A DNA stretch of 64,000 nt, from positions 3,840,001 through 3,904,000 of the forward strand of contig OZ252098.1 of the NCBI GenBank assembly GCA_965248355.1, read 5' to 3'. The notes under the pieces were generated by a model. It was not told the origin of the DNA, did not search any database, and worked only from the letters and a program-made list of their open reading frames with translations. Source of the DNA: Candidatus Latescibacterota bacterium. Its GTDB lineage: Bacteria > Latescibacterota > UBA2968 > UBA8231. Below are positions 58,273 through 64,000 of the stretch, piece after piece (the stretch's first letter is position 1; every line of letters begins with the position of its first letter). The position numbers and the translations under genes are program-made.

Positions 58273-61200
58273 TCACCGATTTCTCCCCACCTTCAGGACC
58301 TTCCGGCCCATGTACGCTCCGTTGATCCTGATGCGGCACAGGTAGACACCCGAGGCTACTTCATCACCATCGGCGGTCAGGCCGCTCCAGTCGAAGGAAT
58401 GAGCACCGGCTTCCATGATCCCATTCTCAACAAGGGTTGCCACCAAGGCTCCAAGCAAATTGAAGACATGAATGGAGACATTGCCCCTTGCCGGCAGGCT
58501 CAGGGCCACCGTGATACCGGTGGAAAAGGGATTGGGATAGGCAGTGACCTCAGTGGCCCTGACAATTTCGTAGGTGCCGCCCGAAGCGTTGGGTGCTCCC
58601 GGCGTCCCTCCATTCGCTGAGGGGTACCAGTGCTCGTGGCTGGAGTTGTCAACCGTGGGGTCCACCAGGGCCAGCGTGAAGCCCGTGCCATTGGGCTCGG
58701 TTGGCCAGGGAGGACGCTCATCGTACGCAACTGCATCGATGATTTCCTGGAGATCGGTCAACAGAGTAAGGTGATCCCCGCGGCTACTCAGTCCGAAAGG
58801 AAGGTTCCCGGTACAATCCGTCCGGGGATAGACGGCGCGAAAATCGGTGCTGTCACGGCAGAGCACGACGTATCCGCCTCCTGGGAGAAGGAGATGGGGG
58901 GGCAAGACGAAATCGGGGGAGTTCCCCGCGTCGCGAAGCCGCCAACCGGCGATCTCCAAGGGGGCTGGGCCGAAGTTGTGGAGTTCAACCCAATCTCCGG
59001 AGTCAAGGCTCTCAGTCGAATGATAGTTGATTTCGTTGATCACGACGGGCACCGGCTCGACTGCCTGGGGCGGCTGTCCGGAGGACTTGAAGCGGGCCGT
59101 CAACTCGTAGTTCCCCTCGATGACAAGAGTCGCCCGGGCGGTGTCAGAGACCGGGAGCGACCAACTGTCGAATTCGAATCCCGGGGCGGGCACAGCAAGC
59201 AGATCAAGGGGCACTTGATTGAAGTAGAGACCGGACGAGCGAGGACCCTCGACGGGTACCGAATTGAGAAAGAGGGTGCCCCCTCGCTCCGGCGCGACTT
59301 CAAGGGAGACCACGGAGCGATCTCCGAGGGAGAAATGGGTCTGCAAGTGGCTCCAAACATGGGCGGCCCTCACGCGGGCAAAGGCGCGCATCACCTCGAG
59401 GTTGGCATCCCACTCTTCTATTGTAGCAAAGGATCCCCCATAGAACGGTGAGGGGTACGGGCTCCAACGGTCGGCATGGCGGGGGATCTCATGTGCGATG
59501 CCGTTTCTCATGCTGTCGATAACGGCCTCGACTCGAGGCCAGTCAAAAGTGGTGTTCAGATGGCTTGCGAAACGTTGAATGAAACTATTTCTGACTTCAT
59601 CGATCCCAAGGAGGCTTTCCATGAGGAATGTGGCCCAAGGTGGATTTGGCCAACCGCGGCCCGGAGTGCTCGCCAATGCCACCATGTTGAGTTCGGGAGG
59701 ACTCGGGTTCAATGCCAGGGGCAAGTTGAACCCGTAATCCGTATCGAAGAAGATCCAACGCCAGCGGCCGCTGGCACCGCGGGTACGCCAGAATTCCATG
59801 TTGTTGCCCGGCCAATCCGTATTTGCGGAATACATCTGGGCAATCTGGTAGTTGAGAAATTCATCGACATCCATGTGGGATCTTATCTGGTCAAGAGCAG
59901 TGGCGTCCTTGAGGTCGCTGGTTTGAAGGTAGTTCAAGAGGGACTGGAAATGGGCGGAACTTCCTACCCTCACCTCTGAATCGTTGATCAGGTAGTCGAT
60001 GTCGTCGGGTTCAAGGGCGTGATTGTCCACCACATAGTCGACTGAAATGCGCTCGCGCATGTTGTGGATGCCCCAGTACTGGCCATTGAGAAAAAGGATG
60101 ACGGGCCTATAGGATTGATAGTCGATTTCCATGCGATCCTTGACCAGGGCCTGGGCAGTGGCGTCACGAAGGAGGGTGTACGTCCAGTCGTTGCCCGAGT
60201 TGCGCAGGATGAAGCTCGTGTATCGGCTTATGGACTTGTCGGGGAAGAGAGGATAGTAGAAGCCTTCATTGCCGTATCGCCGGCGGGCGTGGATGGCCAG
60301 GGACTTCTGTGGCTGGTTGCGAGACCATCCGCCGTGGATTTTCACGCCCACATCCTGAGAGAATTCCAGGCCCCCGTCGGCATGGTAGAATTCAATGTGT
60401 GCGGGGCGCTCCCAGTGGCGCATGAAGTTGTTGCGATTCCCCTTGACATAAATGCCCAGGTGGGCGCCCCAGAGATGCTCCGGATCGACGGCCAGGGAGA
60501 CCGCTGGCAGGCTGGGTTTGTCATCAATGAAATAGGTTTGGGTAATCACGTCACTGGGCAGGAGCCCTTTGGTGACTGCCAGTGATCGCAGGACGGTTGT
60601 GGCTTTGATGGGGGGGGTCCTTCTGGGATGAGGTGTTTCGCGTGTCGGGATGCTGCCGTCGGTGGTGACGAAGATGGTGGTGTTGGGGTCTGGATGGAAA
60701 AGGGAAACGGTGATGGAATGTGGGTAGTGGCCGCCTTGGTGCGAGTAGGTGGGTGCCTGGGAATGGTGGAGCTTTCCGGGGGACGCGTTTCTTTGACCCG
60801 GAGAGGGCTCGTCGAGAAAGAACCAGGCGCCTCGTTCCGGTACCCGAGCGTAGGAGACGTCGGGTCGGAGGGGACCGAATGTGACTGAGTCGATCAGGGT
60901 TGTGCCGTCGGCAGCCAGCAACCGCAGGTGTTCGCCTCTTGAAGAGAGTTTGAAACCCAAATGAAGTGGGCCTTGGTCGGGGCCGTCGTCCGCCCAAAGG
61001 AGAATGAATCCGCGCCCCGGGATCGTCGTGGCCTTGGGGTCATCCGTGGGGAACCGGAACCTTGGAACGGCCGAGTCGTCGGTGATGAACATGCCGCCAA
61101 TGTCCTTGGGGCGGCGACCTGTATTGTATATCTCTATCCAGTCGGCGAATTCTCCGTGCTGGTCCGGACAACAGGACTGATTGTTTGACATCAGTTCATT

Positions 61201-61356
61201 TATCAGGAACTCCTCGGCCAGGAGTGGACCAAGGGTGAGGTTGCAGGCAAATAGGGCAAGGAGGTGGATTCGGGTTCTTGGGCGGTTTCCGGGAGGGCGG
61301 TGCAGCCTGGGTGCGGTTGTCCTGTGCGGGCCGGTTGGGGGGTCCGCGGTAGCCAT
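58273..61356 (-). CDS. Secreted CotH-kinase-family protein with lamin-tail domains, FN3/chitobiase-like region and C-terminal FlgD/T9SS-like domain
   Basis: INE.M..N…DWIE.YN (LTD, twice), TTDGS.P, LRNSGND, NG.YWGI.N.RE, N.DWPGNN, WRW..FDTD.GF, AYPNPF…SGVY; start codon uncertain. Confidence 0.88.
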   Translation of the reverse strand: MATADPPTGPHRTTAPRLHRPPGNRPRTRIHLLALFACNLTLGPLLAEEFLINELMSNNQSCCPDQHGEFADWIEIYNTGRRPKDIGGMFITDDSAVPRFRFPTDDPKATTIPGRGFILLWADDGPDQGPLHLGFKLSSRGEHLRLLAADGTTLIDSVTFGPLRPDVSYARVPERGAWFFLDEPSPGQRNASPGKLHHSQAPTYSHQGGHYPHSITVSLFHPDPNTTIFVTTDGSIPTRETPHPRRTPPIKATTVLRSLAVTKGLLPSDVITQTYFIDDKPSLPAVSLAVDPEHLWGAHLGIYVKGNRNNFMRHWERPAHIEFYHADGGLEFSQDVGVKIHGGWSRNQPQKSLAIHARRRYGNEGFYYPLFPDKSISRYTSFILRNSGNDWTYTLLRDATAQALVKDRMEIDYQSYRPVILFLNGQYWGIHNMRERISVDYVVDNHALEPDDIDYLINDSEVRVGSSAHFQSLLNYLQTSDLKDATALDQIRSHMDVDEFLNYQIAQMYSANTDWPGNNMEFWRTRGASGRWRWIFFDTDYGFNLPLALNPSPPELNMVALASTPGRGWPNPPWATFLMESLLGIDEVRNSFIQRFASHLNTTFDWPRVEAVIDSMRNGIAHEIPRHADRWSPYPSPFYGGSFATIEEWDANLEVMRAFARVRAAHVWSHLQTHFSLGDRSVVSLEVAPERGGTLFLNSVPVEGPRSSGLYFNQVPLDLLAVPAPGFEFDSWSLPVSDTARATLVIEGNYELTARFKSSGQPPQAVEPVPVVINEINYHSTESLDSGDWVELHNFGPAPLEIAGWRLRDAGNSPDFVLPPHLLLPGGGYVVLCRDSTDFRAVYPRTDCTGNLPFGLSSRGDHLTLLTDLQEIIDAVAYDERPPWPTEPNGTGFTLALVDPTVDNSSHEHWYPSANGGTPGAPNASGGTYEIVRATEVTAYPNPFSTGITVALSLPARGNVSIHVFNLLGALVATLVENGIMEAGAHSFDWSGLTADGDEVASGVYLCRIRINGAYMGRKVLKVGRNR

Positions 61357-61490
61357 CGTGGGCGGCATTGCAGAAGCTGCTCGATAGCGATCCTGGCGCC
61401 GGACGTGCGGTTGGTTCTTGGGTATGGGGAGGGTGGGAGACAATATGGGTTCAATTCGGGGAAGTCCAAGTGAGGAGGACGGACCGCGAT

Positions 61491-61603
61491 TGGAGAAAGA
61501 TGGCTCCGCTTGCTTGCGGAGCTTGGCGCGCTGCACAGCCTCCTCCAGACACAGGGCCTCGATCAGGCGCTTGCCGGGGGGTGAGGCCGGGCTTGTTCGG
61601 ATG
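61491..61603 (-). pseudogene. Relic of an ICL/PEP-mutase paralog
   Basis: 61561-61580 is 19/20 identical to 63211-63230; 61521-61548 is 24/28 identical to 63081-63108; relic reads PNKPGLTP/GKRLI-EALCLEEAVQRAKL. Confidence 0.75.
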
Positions 61604-61604
61604 G

Positions 61605-62516
61605 CTATCCCGGCCGGGACCGCCCGCCTCGCCAGGGCACATCACCCTTTGCCGCCGCCGCCCGGGGGAGTGCCGCCAGCGCCTGCCGCAGGTAGGCCGC
61701 GTCCTCGCGGGCCCATTCCTCCAGGTTCGGCGGAGAGCTCTCGGCGTAGCCCACCTGCCGAATGATCGCCTCGTCGAAGCTGTACTCGGTGTGTACGGTC
61801 AGCGGTCCCTCGAAGCCGAAGCCGCGCAGGATGCCGAGGCAGCGGCTCCAGTCGACGCAGCCTTCCCCCACCTTGACGAAGCAGGGGTTCCAGGGCGGCC
61901 TCCTGTCCGGCTCGCGGCGGTAGATGGCGTCCTTGATGCCCACGACGGAGAGGTGGGCGCGGACCATGGCCAGTCCCATCTCCCAGTCCTCGCCGTCGAG
62001 GGCCTGGTGCCCGAGATCGGGATAGGCGCCGACGTGGCGCGGGTCGAACCCCCGGATCAGGTGCATCAGCCCGGCGCAGTTCGAGCCGAGGCAGGCCCCG
62101 CTGTGGACCTGGTAGCAGGTCTGAACCCCGTGCTTCGCGCTGTGCCTGGCGAAGGCTTCCAGATCCCTTCGGGCCGCATCGACGGCCCCCCAGTAGTCGC
62201 CGCCCGGCGAGAACCGCCAGAACCCGATCTTCAGCCGCGGGACCCCGGCCTCGGCGCAAGCGGCGTACAGGCTTTCAGCGGCGGGAGAGGCGGGATCGAT
62301 GAAGTCCGTGGGCGCGGTAGCCAGCGGGCAGGAAAGCCCCTGCCGGCGCCAGACATCCACCGCCTTGGGAAGCCCGGCCGCGGCGTTGCCGGGATGAACC
62401 GGGTGACCCGGGCGGACGCAGACATCGATGCCGTCGTAGCCCAGCTCGAGCGCCTTGTCCCCCAGCTCGGGGACCGGCAGGCTGGAGAAGAACTTGGAGT
62501 TCAGGACGATCTGCAT
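61605..62516 (-). CDS. Sugar phosphate isomerase/epimerase (xylose-isomerase-like TIM barrel)
   Basis: GYDGID..VR.G, H.G, Y.D.GH, IKD, G.G.VDW, GP…H.EY. Confidence 0.88.
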   Translation of the reverse strand: MQIVLNSKFFSSLPVPELGDKALELGYDGIDVCVRPGHPVHPGNAAAGLPKAVDVWRRQGLSCPLATAPTDFIDPASPAAESLYAACAEAGVPRLKIGFWRFSPGGDYWGAVDAARRDLEAFARHSAKHGVQTCYQVHSGACLGSNCAGLMHLIRGFDPRHVGAYPDLGHQALDGEDWEMGLAMVRAHLSVVGIKDAIYRREPDRRPPWNPCFVKVGEGCVDWSRCLGILRGFGFEGPLTVHTEYSFDEAIIRQVGYAESSPPNLEEWAREDAAYLRQALAALPRAAAAKGDVPWRGGRSRPG

Positions 62517-62660
62517 AGCCGTTCTCCGCTTACCAAACCCCCGGGGCGGCGCAGGCCGCGCCGAGCGGCGCACTACGTATCCAGAAGGCCCAGAGATCCG
62601 AGCGCAGCGAGGGGCTCGCCAGCCCCTCGAACCATCCCTTTCACGATGGATCCCCAGCTT

Positions 62661-62710
62661 GGCCCGGCGTACGCGCCGCCGAGGCGCGGCCGAAGCCGCC
62701 GGCGCCGCCC
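62661..62710 (+). repeat. 50-bp direct repeat, copy B
   Basis: 47/50 identical to 56502-56551. Confidence 0.9.
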
Positions 62711-62721
62711 TGAGAGGTGAA

Positions 62722-63594
62722 TCATCCCTCCCGGGGTGTGTATTTCGCCTCCCATGCCCGCGCCTCGGGAAAGCCGATCAGCTCGTCCAGCTCCGCAAAG
62801 TCCGCCATCTCCCCGGTGACCTCCCGCGTCGTTCCATCCTCCTTCAAGGCCCGCAGCGTCTTCTGGATCGACCGGATGCAGCCGAGAATCAGCGAGTGCG
62901 GATAGGCGGCGATCTTGAACCCCAGCTCCTGGAGCTCGGCCGCTGAGAGGAAGGGCGTCTTCCCTCCTTCTATCAGATTGGCCATGGTAGGGACGCCGAA
63001 GGAACCGGCCGCGGCCTTCAGCTCCTCCACCGTGGTCGGCGCCTCCAGAAAGACGACGTCCGCTCCCGCCCGCTCGTAGAGCCTGCCGCGCTCCACGGCC
63101 TCCTCCAGCCCCATGACGGCGATGGCGTCGGTGCGCGCGATGATCAGGAAATCGTCGCTGCGGCGGGAGTGGGCGGCGGCCTCGATCTTGAGCGCCATCT
63201 CCTCCGCCCCGATCAGCCGCTTGCCGGGGGTGTGGCCGCATTTCTTCGGCATCTCCTGGTCTTCGATCTGAATCGCCTGGGCCCCGGCCTGCTCGTATTC
63301 CTGGACCGTGCGGCGCATGTTGAGGGCGTTCCCGTACCCGGTGTCGCCGTCGGCGAGGACGGGAAGGCCGACACAGCGGACCAAGTTGTGGACCCGCTCC
63401 AGCATTTCGGAGAACGTGGCCAGACCCGCGTCGGGCAGCCCGACGTGAGAAGCCACGTGGGCGTAACCGCCGAGATAGACGGCCTCGAAGCCGGCCTGCT
63501 CGATGAGGCGGGCCGAGATCATGTCGTAGCAGCAGGGGGCGACCAGGATCCGGTCGCGCGCCAGCAGTTGCTTGAGTGTGGGTTGGTTCTCCAT
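62722..63594 (-). CDS. Isocitrate lyase/PEP mutase family (PrpB / 2,3-dimethylmalate lyase-like)
   Basis: GLPD.G, ADGDTGYG, IEDQ..PKKCGH, ARTDA, GAD..FLEA, EGGKTP. Confidence 0.93.
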   Translation of the reverse strand: MENQPTLKQLLARDRILVAPCCYDMISARLIEQAGFEAVYLGGYAHVASHVGLPDAGLATFSEMLERVHNLVRCVGLPVLADGDTGYGNALNMRRTVQEYEQAGAQAIQIEDQEMPKKCGHTPGKRLIGAEEMALKIEAAAHSRRSDDFLIIARTDAIAVMGLEEAVERGRLYERAGADVVFLEAPTTVEELKAAAGSFGVPTMANLIEGGKTPFLSAAELQELGFKIAAYPHSLILGCIRSIQKTLRALKEDGTTREVTGEMADFAELDELIGFPEARAWEAKYTPREG

Positions 63595-63659
63595 TTCGCC
63601 TCGGCAGGGCAAGAGAGGAGGGCCATTATCGTCGGTCCGCCCGGAGGGGGCAAGGGCAG

Positions 63660-63925
63660 CTACTCCTCCAGAATCGGCAGGCAAACCTCGAAGCAGGTGC
63701 CGCCGCCGTCCCGCGGCCGGCAGGTCGCCTCGCCGCCGTGGCGTCGCGCGATCTGGCGCACCAGGCTCAGCCCCACCCGACGCCCTTCTCATCGTTTCCG
63801 TCCTTGTCCCGGCTTCCCTGGCCGCGGTAGAACGGTTCGAAGATGCGGCGCGGACTGCTGCTACAGCTCGCCGGCGGGTCTCGGCCGACCCACCCGGCGG
63901 CACCCATGACGGCCACTTTGAGTAC
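63660..63925 (-). pseudogene. Chimeric relic: Rossmann-fold N-terminus fused to a frameshifted histidine-kinase HATPase C-terminus
   Basis: LKVAVMGAAGWVGR, then RIFEPFYR…GVG / 1-nt deletion / GLSLVRQIARRHGG…GGGTCFEVCLP, stop at 63660. Confidence 0.72.
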
Positions 63926-64000
63926 AATAGAGGCCCCCCCTGGAGGGATGGAATCAGGAGCCACTGACCCATGGCAGTGCATATCGGCAGCGACAGGCAG

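Noticed and set aside
1..64000. Numerous long antisense or alternate-frame ORFs (e.g. 33353..35893+, 45783..47945+, 21084..23420+, 49003..51270-)
   Set aside because: Shadow ORFs expected from high GC3; low-complexity Arg/Pro/Gly/Ala or antisense-codon translations with no family motifs
1..64000. CRISPR array, cas genes, transposases, known defence systems, rRNA
   Set aside because: No regularly spaced repeats or diagnostic motifs seen

Overview
This is high-GC bacterial chromosomal DNA with about 50 protein genes and one tRNA-Val(GAC). Content: (1) an envelope operon (DUF2723/GT117-like, GT2, flippase-like, NamZ); (2) housekeeping genes (D-Ala-D-Ala carboxypeptidase, acs, moeA, nfuA, K+ channel, NfeD plus two SPFH proteins, LytS/LytTR); (3) many catabolic enzymes (3 enolase-superfamily dehydratases, 4 PhyH-like Fe/2OG enzymes, GH1, heparinase II/III-like, BNR/sialidase-like, MlrC, RraA-like, amidohydrolases). 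The repertoire and a C-terminal dockerin-like 'DFFLFA' protein suggest an FCB-group or Latescibacterota-like organism (inference only). I saw no CRISPR array, rRNA, integrase or transposase. Most notable: (a) a secreted DUF362 + PA14-like + 5'-nucleotidase-C-domain fusion in a translationally coupled operon; (b) an RNase II-like protein lacking its catalytic Asp loop; (c) a PhyH/RraA/MlrC operon with non-canonical metal ligands; (d) a nested history at 56.4-63.9 kb, with a 50-bp direct repeat, a decayed duplicate of the ICL/PEP-mutase gene and a low-GC CotH-kinase gene apparently inserted into it; (e) many gene relics and frameshifts that the ORF track does not call as such. All family assignments come from motif recognition by eye, not database searches.
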